Shown here one piece after another: positions 1 to 9,354 of a stretch of DNA of 32,000 bases. Every line of letters begins with the position of its first letter. The first letter of the stretch is position 1. The position numbers and the translations under genes were made by a program. Source of the stretch: Okeania sp. (GTDB taxonomy: Bacteria; Cyanobacteriota; Cyanobacteriia; Cyanobacteriales; Microcoleaceae); the NCBI RefSeq assembly GCF_035285525.1, contig NZ_JAYKGW010000128.1, positions 30,001 through 62,000 on the forward strand, in the 5' to 3' direction. The notes under the pieces are model-generated. The model was given only the letters and a program-made list of their open reading frames with translations, made no database searches and was not told the origin of the DNA.

Positions 1-590
1 TCTGTTTCATATCCGTTCTCTCTTAACCAATAACACCAAGTTTTACCCACCGAAATTTCAATAGTTGCTCTATCATGTAAAATCACATTCTTAGATTCTA
101 ATTTCCTCATTAATTTACCAATTTCTTCAAAAACACACCATCTACCTTTTGGTAGTTCAGTTTTTTCCTCAAACAACCTTAAGCGTTCGTACCAAACACG
201 TTGATAAGGATGCAAATTTATAGGTTCTTGAGTAGCAGGTTTTTGACTTGCGAAAAGCCATTGCTCAACCCACTCAGACACCATCATTTCAAATTCACGC
301 GATAGCCACATAGCAAAAGAAATAGCAAGTTTAGGGTGAATCCAAACTTCTCTATTTTTACCTTCTCCTTTTTTTTCCACAAGCTGATAAACCTCAAGTT
401 TTGTTCTATCGGATAAAAGCTCTATATATTCATTTCCTCTATCTGTTTCAAACCAGCTATTGGGGTTTTTATACTTTCCTGTTTGATTTTTATATGCTCT
501 CGCTAACTTACTTACATTTATATAGCCATCAGAATAGCACTGAGTAACTACTAATTCGCCAACAGGATGTTCAATATAGTGTATTCTGAT
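1..590 (-). CDS. KilA-N domain protein (5' part; gene runs off the left edge)
   Basis: The reverse-strand frame is open from the TGA at 591-593 down to base 1. It is absent from the ORF track because it has no stop in the window. The translation IEHPVGELVVTQCYSDGYINVSKLARAYKNQTGKYKNPNSWFETDRGNEYIELLS...REVWIHPKLAISFAMWLSREFEMMVSEWVEQW fits my recollection of the KilA-N fold (DGYIN..KL, W.HP.LA..FA.WLS). There is no ATG/GTG/TTG near the 5' end; the codons after the stop are ATC AGA ATA CAC TAT ATT, so the start is unresolved. Confidence 0.55.
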   Translation of the reverse strand, partial: MRIHYIEHPVGELVVTQCYSDGYINVSKLARAYKNQTGKYKNPNSWFETDRGNEYIELLSDRTKLEVYQLVEKKGEGKNREVWIHPKLAISFAMWLSREFEMMVSEWVEQWLFASQKPATQEPINLHPYQRVWYERLRLFEEKTELPKGRWCVFEEIGKLMRKLESKNVILHDRATIEISVGKTWCYWLRENGYET

Positions 591-739
591 TCATTTCCTT
601 TCCAAATAATTCATAATATAAAAAATAATGTTTTCTTATAAATAATTCAGTGGCTATTTTCCGAACTAAAAAGTTCGTTAACCACTAAATCACAAAATCA
701 ACTTTTGTTGTAAAATATTAAAGTTTTTGACTTTATTTA

Positions 740-1831
740 TTAACTCATTCTCAGCAATACTTTCCTCAATACATCAGCACTCACTTTATCAGTCACTGTG
801 ACAACTCCTATTCCCGTCGGTAACACAAACCGCACCTTACCTGCTTTTACCTTTTTATCAGTCTGCAAAGAAACCAAAATCTCCTCAATATCTAATCCAC
901 TAGGCAATTTTGTCGGCAAACTAGCTTTTTCTATCAAACCTAACTGACGGCGATCGCTCTCTTCATCCCACATTCCTAACTCTACCCCTAACCGACTCGC
1001 TGCCACCATCCCAATAGCAACCGCTTCCCCATGAATCACCACCGTATAACCAGTCAAACTTTCCACCCCATGACCTATGGTGTGACCATAATTCAAAATT
1101 GCTCTTAACCCAGACTCTTTCTCATCTTTTGCTACCACATCTGCCTTACTTTGACAAGACCTAATCAAAATTTCCTCTAATAACCCTGGTGTTAAACTAT
1201 TAATTTCATCCAGACCTTGACTATTCTCCATATGACCAAATAATTCAGCATCCCAAATTACCCCATATTTAATTACTTCTGCCATTCCACCCCGAAATTC
1301 TCGCACAGGTAAAGTTTTCAGTACATCAGGGTCAATTAATACTAACCGTGGTTGATAGAAAGCACCGATGAGATTTTTCCCTTGAGGATGATTAACTCCA
1401 GTTTTGCCCCCAATAGCAGCATCCACCATCGCCAGCAAAGAAGTAGGAACTTGCACCACATTCAAACCCCGTAACCAAGTCGCAGCAGCAAACCCAGTCA
1501 TATCCCCAACCACTCCACCACCCAGAGCAACCATTGTAGAAGACCTTTCCAGACGGTGTGCTAAAGCAGCATCATAAATATTGTGCAGAGTTTGGGGAGT
1601 TTTGTATTCCTCTCCTGCCGGGAGAATACAGTGAGAGACATCAAAATTGGCTTTTTGGAGTGAGGCGATCGCTCTTTCCCCATAATGAGCAAATATTTCT
1701 GGGTTGGAGACCAGCAAGACCTTTTTGCCCAAGTTAAGGGGTGACATTTTTAGGCCAAGTTGGTCAAGGTTGCCAGGAGCGATCGCTATTTGATAGGACT
1801 TTTGGGGCAGTTGGACAGTTATAGATGCCAT
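740..1831 (-). CDS. aroB: 3-dehydroquinate synthase
   Basis: 363-aa ORF of typical AroB length. It carries the glycine-rich NAD motif [39 protein letters not shown], and the metal-binding [16 protein letters not shown] region. Confidence 0.95.
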   Translation of the reverse strand: MASITVQLPQKSYQIAIAPGNLDQLGLKMSPLNLGKKVLLVSNPEIFAHYGERAIASLQKANFDVSHCILPAGEEYKTPQTLHNIYDAALAHRLERSSTMVALGGGVVGDMTGFAAATWLRGLNVVQVPTSLLAMVDAAIGGKTGVNHPQGKNLIGAFYQPRLVLIDPDVLKTLPVREFRGGMAEVIKYGVIWDAELFGHMENSQGLDEINSLTPGLLEEILIRSCQSKADVVAKDEKESGLRAILNYGHTIGHGVESLTGYTVVIHGEAVAIGMVAASRLGVELGMWDEESDRRQLGLIEKASLPTKLPSGLDIEEILVSLQTDKKVKAGKVRFVLPTGIGVVTVTDKVSADVLRKVLLRMS

Positions 1832-1916
1832 GAGAAATTTAAGATTTTGCTATTTTGAACATTTGGTATTAAACTTATATCTTAATAGTTTTATTTACCA
1901 TTTTGGAGAAAAGTTA

Positions 1917-2018
1917 ATGACTGTTGAAGGAATAATTGCTTTTTTTGGGATTTATTTTGCTGCTTTAAGTGTAGCTACAGTTCTGATGTTTGGCTTGCGG
2001 GTTGTTAAGTTAATCTAG
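1917..2018 (+). CDS. petL: cytochrome b6-f complex subunit PetL (33 aa)
   Basis: An internal ATG at 1917 in the 1830..2018 ORF is preceded by GGAGAA at 1905-1910. The product MTVEGIIAFFGIYFAALSVATVLMFGLRVVKLI is a single TM helix ending in KLI, like PetL of Mastigocladus/Anabaena as I recall it. A strong terminator follows. Confidence 0.7.
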   Translation: MTVEGIIAFFGIYFAALSVATVLMFGLRVVKLI

Positions 2019-2031
2019 AATTGTATATTAT

Positions 2032-2068
2032 CCCGTCAAACTATCAAAAGTTTGACGGGGTTTTGTTA
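2032..2068 (+). terminator. Rho-independent terminator after petL
   Basis: Perfect 10-bp stem (cccgtcaaac 2032-2041 with gtttgacggg 2050-2059), an 8-nt loop, then gttttgtt. Confidence 0.8.
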
Positions 2069-2133
2069 TTATCGAGGTTAGGATAAACCGCCAGTAATAA
2101 AATCTAAATTATTCTCATAAATCACTAACTACC

Positions 2134-2691
2134 ATGAAACAAGTTTTAAAAATATCAGCTATTTTCAGTTTAATAGGACTTACCCATGGACGCTATCCGT
2201 AGGGTGCATTTTGCGTTCCGCAAAGCTCCGCTTTATATGTCGGCTCAAGCGCCGAAACGCTACGCGACATGGAAAGCGTATCTCATAACGCACCGATACG
2301 CTATATATAGTACCTTTGCGTAAGTCCTGTTAGAAACAAAGAATGGGTATTTAGTTTATCCACAATGGCAAGAGTTAAGTCCTGGTGGCAGTATGTACCC
2401 TGGCATTAAATCAAACTTCTATACAGGTTTTACTAAAAAACCTACCCTTGAGTTACAAACCTATATTCGTCGTCAAACCTTACGATCTAAACTAAAAGTG
2501 GAAATTATCAAGTAGTTGATCGCCATCTTAACCAAGTTGATCAGCAACTGCCCTCTTCTCTAAGAGAACCACAGAAACTTCAGTCTGCCCAAATTGCCTG
2601 GCTAGAATTTAGGGATGCTAGTTGCGAGTTTGAGAGTTATAGGAATGAGCGCTGGTATATTTACAAGTTGCCGGAGGGGCTAAATAGCTAA
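2134..2691 (+). pseudogene. DUF1311 (LprI-like) secreted protein gene, disrupted
   Basis: ATG at 2134 gives the signal-peptide-like MKQVLKISAIFSLIGL, which runs straight into a MITE (2175-2329). After the element the frame continues as LETKNGYLVYPQW... A stop and frameshift occur near 2512. The tail ...LNQVDQQLPSSLREPQKLQSAQIAWLEFRDASCEFES... matches the DUF1311 signature (Q.AW..FRDA.C). Confidence 0.55.
2175..2329. mobile_element. MITE-like element, subfamily A
   Basis: The termini aggacttaccca...tgcgtaagtcct are inverted repeats. The internal core tagggtgcattttgcgttccgcaaagctccgctttatatgtcggctcaagcgccgaaacgctacgcgacat is nearly identical to the copy at 26892-27048. Confidence 0.8.
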
Positions 2692-2876
2692 AAGTCTTAT
2701 CTTCTCAGTAATTTATTCCCCCTGTTGCCTATTGCCTATTAGCCCTATATTATTTTTCCACCAGCGATAGTATCTGCTTAACTCGCCTCACCGAACTGAA
2801 CAACGGGTTCAAAAACCATCCAGGTTTCTGCCACGCGATCGCTAAATCTTCTCACAAATAGACAGAAAATTAAAAT

Positions 2877-3427
2877 ATGGTTAATCAAATTACTGACTTA
2901 AAATTACTTGATCAGGACTTACACGGGAAGCACTATATATAGAGTTTTGGTGCGTTAGTCAGCGTAACGACCCTACAGATAGCTGACTTAAAATTACTTT
3001 CTGAAATAGATTATTTGGAGTAGTTATAAAAAACAATTTAACTACTAAATAATCATCAATTATAAAACCTAGACTATGAAAACTTAATAGCAGAATTAGA
3101 AGCATTGGGTAAAAGTGAAAAAAGTGCTATTCAAAGTTTCGTAACTTTAATTATTCAACAGTTACTACTTTATCAATATTAAGAAGAAGAAAGAACTAAT
3201 AATTCTCAACATTGGCGTGGAGAAATTTTTACTTTATTCCTCTAAACCATCTGCCTTACCTTAATCAATTAATAAAAATCCGGAATAATATTAAATCCAG
3301 TAGTATCAATATAAATCTAAAGTATAGAAACCTGGTTCGTATTATATCAAAAGTGAAAAAGAATGCCATAGTTATGTCAATTTTGTCAAACCTTAACTGT
3401 ACTAAATATTCGAGATTGTACAGCTAA
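2877..3427 (+). pseudogene. DUF29-family gene remnant with multiple stops and frameshifts
   Basis: The start reads MVNQITDLKLL. Later, DYENLIAELEALGKSEKSAIQSFVTLIIQQLLLYQY*EEERTNNSQHWRGEI matches my recollection of the DUF29 consensus (IDWENLIEEIESLG.SEK....L..LL.HLLK.QY......WRGTI). The frame is broken by an insertion at 2910-2982 and by in-frame stops. The 3' limit is uncertain. Confidence 0.45.
2910..2982. mobile_element. 73-bp insertion with one MITE-type end, flanked by a 17-bp direct duplication
   Basis: ctgacttaaaattactt occurs at 2893-2909 and again at 2983-2999. The intervening 73 bp begins gatcaggacttacac (MITE terminus) but lacks the matching right terminus. Confidence 0.6.
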
Positions 3428-3527
3428 AATTTTCTTGTTTTTGAGTAATGTCAGCAATACTCAGGTTAAACTATAATTATGTATATAGTCTGTAAAAATT
3501 GCCTCTGAAAACTCCTGAGAGAACATC

Positions 3528-4670
3528 ATGCTCCAGCACAAATCCACTCTTTTTATTGTTACATGGTTGACTTTCTGCTGCTTTTCTCCAACTGCGAGTA
3601 AAGCCATCATTTATGATTCTACTACAGGGGCATTCAGTAATCATACCTTTACAAAAACGGCAAACCTACAAAAATCTCATCAAAATTATCCAGTCCCTCT
3701 GTATCTTGCTCAAGATAACAACTCAGAGGAGAAAGAGACAAAACCTGAAGAGGCCGAGAAAAAAAAATCAAATTCCTCTTCCTCTGTTTCAAAAGTCCCT
3801 AAAAAAATTCGTTCCATACTTAAATCTCTAGGAGGGCGAAAAACACTCTTTTTACTGAGCATGATATCTGTTTTGGTTACTGCTACGGCTGTATTTATTT
3901 TACTCAAGCTGTTTGACGATAATCAACCTGAAGAGCAAGAACCAGAAGACTTATCCCCTTCAGAAGAAATATCAGAAGTAACTTTACCTGATTCTGAAAA
4001 TAACTATAGCCATCAATGGCCAGAAGCTGCAGAAAATCCTTTTATGGCCAATCTAAAAAATTATTCAGATGGTACTGTCCCAATTTCTCCTAATAGTTTC
4101 CAACAGCATCATCAAGATATTGAAGTAGAAAAATATCCTATAGTTGATAGTCATTCTTTGATTAATAAAGAAAATAATAATAATTATGAGCAACCAGAAA
4201 CTCAAGAAAATTATATAGTTCAAGATGCTAACAATACTAATCAGCAAAATAATTATCCCGTACTTCAAGTTAATATTGTTGAACAATTGATTAATGAATT
4301 ACAAAACTTTGACCCTAAGAAACGGCATCAAGCTATTTGGGAACTTGGGCAAAAAGGAGATTCTAGAGCTGTTCAACCATTAGTTAATTTACTTATAAGT
4401 TCTGATTCTAAACAGCAAAGTTTAATTTTAGCGACTCTCTCAGAAATTAGTGTTAGAACTTTAAAACCAATGAGTAGAGCATTAGCGATATCACTTCAGA
4501 ATGATAATGCAGAAGTCAGAAAAAATGCTATCCGAGATTTAACTCGAATTTATGAGTTAATGATTCCTATAACTAATCTCTTGCAACAAGCAGAATATGA
4601 CCAAGATATAGAAGTTGAGCAAACGGCAAAATGGGCTTTACAACAGTTAAATAGAATTCATACCAGATGA
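3528..4670 (+). CDS. membrane-anchored HEAT-repeat (PBS-lyase HEAT-like) protein
   Basis: 380-aa ORF with an N-terminal hydrophobic signal (LFIVTWLTFCCFSPTASKA) and a second TM segment (LFLLSMISVLVTATAVFILLKLF). The middle is acidic, N/Q-rich and low-complexity. The C-terminus has HEAT-like repeats (KKRHQAIWELGQKGDSRAVQPLVNLL, NAEVRKNAIRDLTRI, IEVEQTAKWALQQL). Confidence 0.65.
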   Translation: MLQHKSTLFIVTWLTFCCFSPTASKAIIYDSTTGAFSNHTFTKTANLQKSHQNYPVPLYLAQDNNSEEKETKPEEAEKKKSNSSSSVSKVPKKIRSILKSLGGRKTLFLLSMISVLVTATAVFILLKLFDDNQPEEQEPEDLSPSEEISEVTLPDSENNYSHQWPEAAENPFMANLKNYSDGTVPISPNSFQQHHQDIEVEKYPIVDSHSLINKENNNNYEQPETQENYIVQDANNTNQQNNYPVLQVNIVEQLINELQNFDPKKRHQAIWELGQKGDSRAVQPLVNLLISSDSKQQSLILATLSEISVRTLKPMSRALAISLQNDNAEVRKNAIRDLTRIYELMIPITNLLQQAEYDQDIEVEQTAKWALQQLNRIHTR

Positions 4671-4675
4671 CATTT

Positions 4676-4710
4676 CAGTTATCAGTTATCAGTTATCAGT
4701 TATCAGTTAG
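4676..4710. repeat. Heptamer tandem repeat (CAGTTAT)x5, STRR-type
   Basis: Directly visible: cagttat x4 plus cagttag, starting 6 nt after the stop codon at 4668-4670. Confidence 0.95.
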
Positions 4711-4845
4711 CCTCCTGGGTCGGAGTTTCCCTTTTCATGCTGCGAATTTTTCAGGGTTCTGTTTGATCCCATGGGAGATTAACTGGTCTAAAGTTCCGCT
4801 TGTTTTTTAGGTCCAGAGCTAAAGAAACCCGGTGTCTGAACCGGG

Positions 4846-4896
4846 GGAGAATTTCCCCCCTCTCCTGCAAGGGGAGGGGTTGGGGGAAAGGTCTTC
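4846..4896. repeat. G/C-rich palindromic small dispersed repeat
   Basis: ggagaatttcccccctctcctgcaaggggaggggttgggggaaaggtcttc. Related copies lie at 19398-19488 and 30487-30516. It sits just 3' of the transketolase-family gene and may act as its terminator hairpin. Confidence 0.75.
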
Positions 4897-4907
4897 ATTA
4901 ACCTAGA

Positions 4908-6818
4908 TTACTTAACTAACTCTTTTACCTTACTCATAATACCTTCTGGATCGATTCCTTGATGAGGGAACTGTTCCCAAAGACCGCCACAACCTTCTTT
5001 GTGAGTAGCAAGATAAGCAAATTTTGGAGTCATACCACGTTCTAATAACCAAGAACCAAAACGACTACCCAAACCAGTACGACGGTTGAAAGCTTCAACT
5101 ACTAATACAAAAGGAGCAGCACCTACCTTCTGCAACATATCCTCATCAATGACATTCAGAGTCGGTTTATTAATTAAACCAACATCTATTCCTTCTTGCT
5201 TCAGACGTTCTACTGCATCAAGGGAACGATACAAAGCATCACCAAAACTAACAATGTAACCAGCAGTACCTTCGCGAATCACTTCATCTTTGCCAGGAGT
5301 AAACTTGTAACCTTCGCCAAAAATTTCTGTACCTTCACTGTCAAGCATAATAGGCACTTTGGAGCGAGTCGAAAAAATAAACCGCATTCCAGTTTGAGTA
5401 AATACTGTCTCAACACAAGCTTTCATTTGATTAGCATCCGCTGGAAAATAGAGGCGAGTTTCATAACCATCATCTAAACCATTATCAGCATACATATTGT
5501 TTAAACCGAAGTGACAAGTGTTATCTGCCATGTCATCTATCCCAGCATGGGAGAAATGACATAAAACATTAGACTGATTTAACCGCGCCATAGTAATTTC
5601 GGAAATGCACATTTCTAGGAAAGCGCTGAAAGTAGCAAAAATACCTTGCTTTCCAGCTTCCATACCAAAACCAGCAGCAGCAGAAAAGTTGCCTCTTTCC
5701 ATAATACCCCCACTAACAAATCGCTCTGGGTAAGCTTTACGGATTTGTTGTAGTCCGCAGGAACCTTCTAAGTCACTGTCAACAAATAAGTGGTTCTGAC
5801 GTTCTGTTTCACTCATAGCATCGAGAACAGATACCACAGTTTCCCCGAATACGTTCCGGTTAGAACCAGCTTTCTCGCTAACTCCCAAGTAAGTGTAGCT
5901 TGGTTTGGGTTTTTCGATACCTTCCAGATAGTTAACAGCTTCAGTTATGCCTCTATCTTTTAGATAAGCGATCGCTAATTTTAAAGGAATTACATCATGT
6001 CCGTGGGTAGAACCTTCTAAACCTTCAATTCCGGGACACATCTTCCGCTTATTAATTACAGCGATCGGACCTTCAGTTGTAACAGCTTGACAAATTCTTT
6101 GGTAAAGACTATCTAAATCTTCTCCATCTCCCTCAAGTACAGTCAAACCATGACCTGTAAGAGTTTTGTTGAGGTCATAACCTTTTAAATAGCTGGAAGG
6201 ATGACCTGCAATAGTCACATCATTATCATCAATCAGCAATTTAACATTCAGATTTTGTGCTACTGCCAATCTTGCAGCTTCAGCATCATTACCTTCTTGT
6301 TGAGAACCATCAGAACCGAGACAAAATACTACTTTATCAGGATTTGCCATAGCCACACCATTAATGTAAGGCCACATGTGTCCCAATCTTCCCGAACTAA
6401 ATTTCACTCCTGGGGTAAATCCTAATTCTGGATGTCCTGGGAGATGAGAGTGAGCTGCCCGATAATTTACAAGATGTTCAAAAGGAATGTCTCCTTGTAG
6501 AGCTGCCATTAAGTATTGGGTAGCTACACGGTGTCCTGCCTCATCAAAGAAAATTGGTACAAACTTTTCTGCCATACCTCGGAAGAAGGCATCTAGAATC
6601 ATTACTTCTGGAACTGTATCGAAAGGGCCACCTGTATGACCACCTACTCCTCTCGCAGCGCCAGTGGCAGTAAAGAATATAATTGTATCACGACAAAGTT
6701 GAATATTTGCTTTGAGTGTTTCTCGTTGTTCATTTGTAAGGGTGGAGTTTGTAGGGTCGAGGGACAAAGGTTTGTAGCTGCCTATGTCAATTGGAAATTT
6801 TGTTGTAGTAGTTGTCAT
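4908..6818 (-). CDS. transketolase-family thiamine-diphosphate enzyme (short, atypical paralogue)
   Basis: 636-aa ORF with a TPP-binding motif GSDGSQQEGNDAEAARLAVAQNLNVKLLIDDNDVTIAG (GDG-x25-30-N type). The pyrimidine-binding middle domain and the C-terminal domain are present. The N-terminus differs from canonical cyanobacterial TktA as I recall it. Confidence 0.8.
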   Translation of the reverse strand: MTTTTTKFPIDIGSYKPLSLDPTNSTLTNEQRETLKANIQLCRDTIIFFTATGAARGVGGHTGGPFDTVPEVMILDAFFRGMAEKFVPIFFDEAGHRVATQYLMAALQGDIPFEHLVNYRAAHSHLPGHPELGFTPGVKFSSGRLGHMWPYINGVAMANPDKVVFCLGSDGSQQEGNDAEAARLAVAQNLNVKLLIDDNDVTIAGHPSSYLKGYDLNKTLTGHGLTVLEGDGEDLDSLYQRICQAVTTEGPIAVINKRKMCPGIEGLEGSTHGHDVIPLKLAIAYLKDRGITEAVNYLEGIEKPKPSYTYLGVSEKAGSNRNVFGETVVSVLDAMSETERQNHLFVDSDLEGSCGLQQIRKAYPERFVSGGIMERGNFSAAAGFGMEAGKQGIFATFSAFLEMCISEITMARLNQSNVLCHFSHAGIDDMADNTCHFGLNNMYADNGLDDGYETRLYFPADANQMKACVETVFTQTGMRFIFSTRSKVPIMLDSEGTEIFGEGYKFTPGKDEVIREGTAGYIVSFGDALYRSLDAVERLKQEGIDVGLINKPTLNVIDEDMLQKVGAAPFVLVVEAFNRRTGLGSRFGSWLLERGMTPKFAYLATHKEGCGGLWEQFPHQGIDPEGIMSKVKELVK

Positions 6819-7127
6819 GGTTAATAAAGGTAATAATTTAATAGTTTATATTCTCATAATTTGTGCAAAATTTAACATTGTCTTTCTTTTTGTCTTATAC
6901 CTTACTTTCTTCGATAATATGACTTTTGACTTATAGCTTTTTAATTATGACTTTTGTCTCTAGATATAGCACAGCCTTCTAGGCTGTAATATCAAATTTG
7001 CTGGTACGGTTCCCAAGAAAGACGTTTCATGTCGCCCAGAGAAACCGGGTTGGTCTCAAATCCCCTTGTACGGAGGTTGCATAGTCCCTACCATCTACCT
7101 TCAATAAACCCGGTTTCTTCTCAGTCT

Positions 7128-8957
7128 CTATCGGAGAAAGAAATCATCAGCAGTAATATCGGGTGGATTCTGCAGAACTGCCAACTTTCCACCCAGACCG
7201 AAACCAGGTGCGCTACCATTCTGATTGTAGAACAAACTACCATTTTTACTGTTATAAACAATAACTGCATCAGAAGTTCTTGCTTCTTTACCATTAGTAA
7301 CTACAGCAAACTCATCAACAATACTAAATCCTTCCCCTAGTTCGCTATTGATGGCAGTAAAGGTATCAAGGTCTAAGAGAATAATACCTCCTGTACCTCC
7401 CTGAGTTTCAGAAAAATCAGTAATTCTATCTACACCAACTTCCTCACTTTGGAATGGCTCATTAGTATTAAAGATAAAGCGATCAATACTTGCACCACCA
7501 GTAAGTGTATCGTTACCAGGACCACCATTGAGGTGATCGCGACCTTGACCACCATTGAGAACATCGCCCCCATCTGGCTGATACGAATTTCGTCAAGTTC
7601 GTCTTCCCACCAATCACTATTATTCCTACTTCCAAATTGAACATTCAAATCATTGCTGAGACTACCCAGAACGCTAAGATCTTGAGTATCTACTAAAGTC
7701 CCATCTACATAGAGCTTGGCTTAATTTGTGGAGCGATCTACAACTGCTGCTAAATGATACCATTCTCCTGTTGTCAGACGGTCGGGGCCTTCAATGCTTA
7801 TTCGGTTTTGACCATCTGCCAAAACTTGACCATCTCCCAAAAGTAATTGAGGTTGGTTAGATTGATTCAACCCCATATCCCACCCTTGTGAAGTTCCTCC
7901 TCCTCCTATTTTCGCTACTATACTATTCTGATCTACACCGCTACTTTGGTCGTTCTTAACCCAAGCTTCTACTGTAAAAGAGGAGGAATCAGAGAAATTA
8001 TAAGCATCGCTCTCAGATATTTCCACATCATCGTTGTCTCCATCTCAGGAAATAGTTCGTTCGGGAGGGATATTATTATCTGTTTCGGTGACAATATAAT
8101 CGTCTATATCTGCCGTACCCGAAATTACATAAGGAACTTCCTATCCTCCTGCGGATGCTTCATCTTTTAAACTAACGGTAAACTGTCCTGGTGTGGGCTG
8201 TCCTTCTAGGGCATCTTGAACCCCATTAATATTGACGGCTATTTCTGCAGTGTCTTGGGTGCTTCCTCCCTCCGTTACTTTGATTTTGGCGGTATCGGTG
8301 GGGGGGAACTCGACAACTCCTAAAGTAGTGTTTAAACTGTTGTAGTTGTCCTCGTTGCTGCTATCGCTGGCGGTAATATCGAAGGTATCCAAGTCTTCGG
8401 TCAGGCCAGTTATAGTAACGGTTTTTTCTGTATCCCAGTTACTGGAATCGAAGGTTATCCTGTTGTCGCTGAGAGTACCACTAGCTAACGACAGGGTAAT
8501 GGTTACGTGATCTGTTGGTTCTGAGGTGAGTTTGACTGTGAAGCTAGCTTCTCCTGTACTTTGAGCAACAATATCATTCTCGTCGGTTATTTCGTCTCCA
8601 AAGCGATCGCTAAAAGCTATCCCCGCTGCACAAGCGCCACTGTCTTCGACAAAGAAGGTGATAGAGGGATCGCTTGATTCAGTAAATTGGTTGGTACATC
8701 GTTGTCTGTAATTACATTGATAATGAGTTTGAATAGCTTGATAGATCGTCAACTACTATTGTTTTATAACTAAAATTAGTTACATTAGAAATCCTCACAT
8801 CTTCAAGTTCTTATTGAAGCGATCGCCATTTTGATTTACCGTTGTACCCGTACCATCCTTAGCTGGAGTGATGGGTTGGAAATTAGCAACAGAAGGTACT
8901 GCTACTATGGTAAGTATATTAGTAGGGATATGAATTTCCTGGTTGAGAAGTTTTCAT
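7128..8957 (-). pseudogene. decayed gene for a large secreted TPS/RTX-type exoprotein
   Basis: Reverse-strand fragments lie in different frames. (1) 8819-8880 encodes QPITPAKDGTGTTVNQNGDRFN, a two-partner-secretion (haemagglutinin N-terminal) motif that then hits a stop. (2) 8141-8752 encodes Calx-beta/cadherin-like beta-sandwich modules. (3) 7721-8026 plus 7560-7648 encode a LamG/concanavalin-like domain (FTVEAWVK...GEWYHLAAV...DELDEIRI). (4) 7128-7575 encodes GGDVLNGGQGRDHLNGGPGNDTLTGGASIDRF (haemolysin-type Ca-binding repeats) and a typical C-terminal tail ending in TAG at 7128-7130. Confidence 0.75.
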
Positions 8958-9090
8958 AGTTTATAAATCTACATAAATTGAAATGTTTATTAATAGATAT
9001 TTGTTTAATTTATTAAGGTTACTACATTCTATTAAAACCAAGATTATTATAATTATTTTTTAATATATATAATAAGTAATATTAATAAAA

Positions 9091-9154
9091 CTTACGCAAA
9101 GAAACCCGGTTTCTACAAGAAACCGGGTTTCTAGGTTTGTCTACATAAGTCCTG
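9091..9154. mobile_element. short MITE-like element with an internal GAAACCCGGTTTC palindrome pair
   Basis: cttacgcaaagaaacccggtttctacaagaaaccgggtttctaggtttgtctacataagtcctg. The left terminus is truncated and the right terminus is intact. Confidence 0.55.
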
Positions 9155-9354
9155 TGTATAAGGTTTTGACCTGATTTTTAACCTATTTTTTTGCCGATAC
9201 TACAGATGTAGATTGGGTTGAGGTATGTAGCTTGCTTTTGTGCAGGAGTAACCCAAGAAAAATCTTTCTCCCCCCACTTCCCTACTCCCCTACTCCCCCA
9301 CTCCCTAACAGTTCACTATCAATGGAAAGCAACCAAGAAACCGGGTTTGTGGTT

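Noticed and set aside
1830-2018. The full 62-aa version of the petL ORF starting at 1830, overlapping the aroB start.
   Set aside because: The first 29 codons are AT-rich leader with no homology expectation. The ATG at 1917 has a GGAGAA Shine-Dalgarno sequence and yields a PetL-sized 33-aa product.
3613-6824. Track ORFs nested in or antisense to the HEAT-repeat and transketolase genes (3613..3831, 3710..3907, 4065..4286, 5196..5477, 6201..6425, 6636..6824).
   Set aside because: All lie inside much longer ORFs that have clear protein-family signatures. Their translations are low-complexity or hydrophobic noise typical of AT-rich alternative frames.
7029-8170. Plus-strand ORFs 7029..7340, 7449..7640 and 7946..8170; also minus-strand ORFs 7430..7648, 7721..8026 and 8141..8752 treated as independent genes.
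   Set aside because: The plus-strand ORFs are antisense to recognisable exoprotein modules. The minus-strand ORFs are consecutive out-of-frame pieces of one decayed gene with unnatural N-termini, so I call the whole region a single pseudogene.
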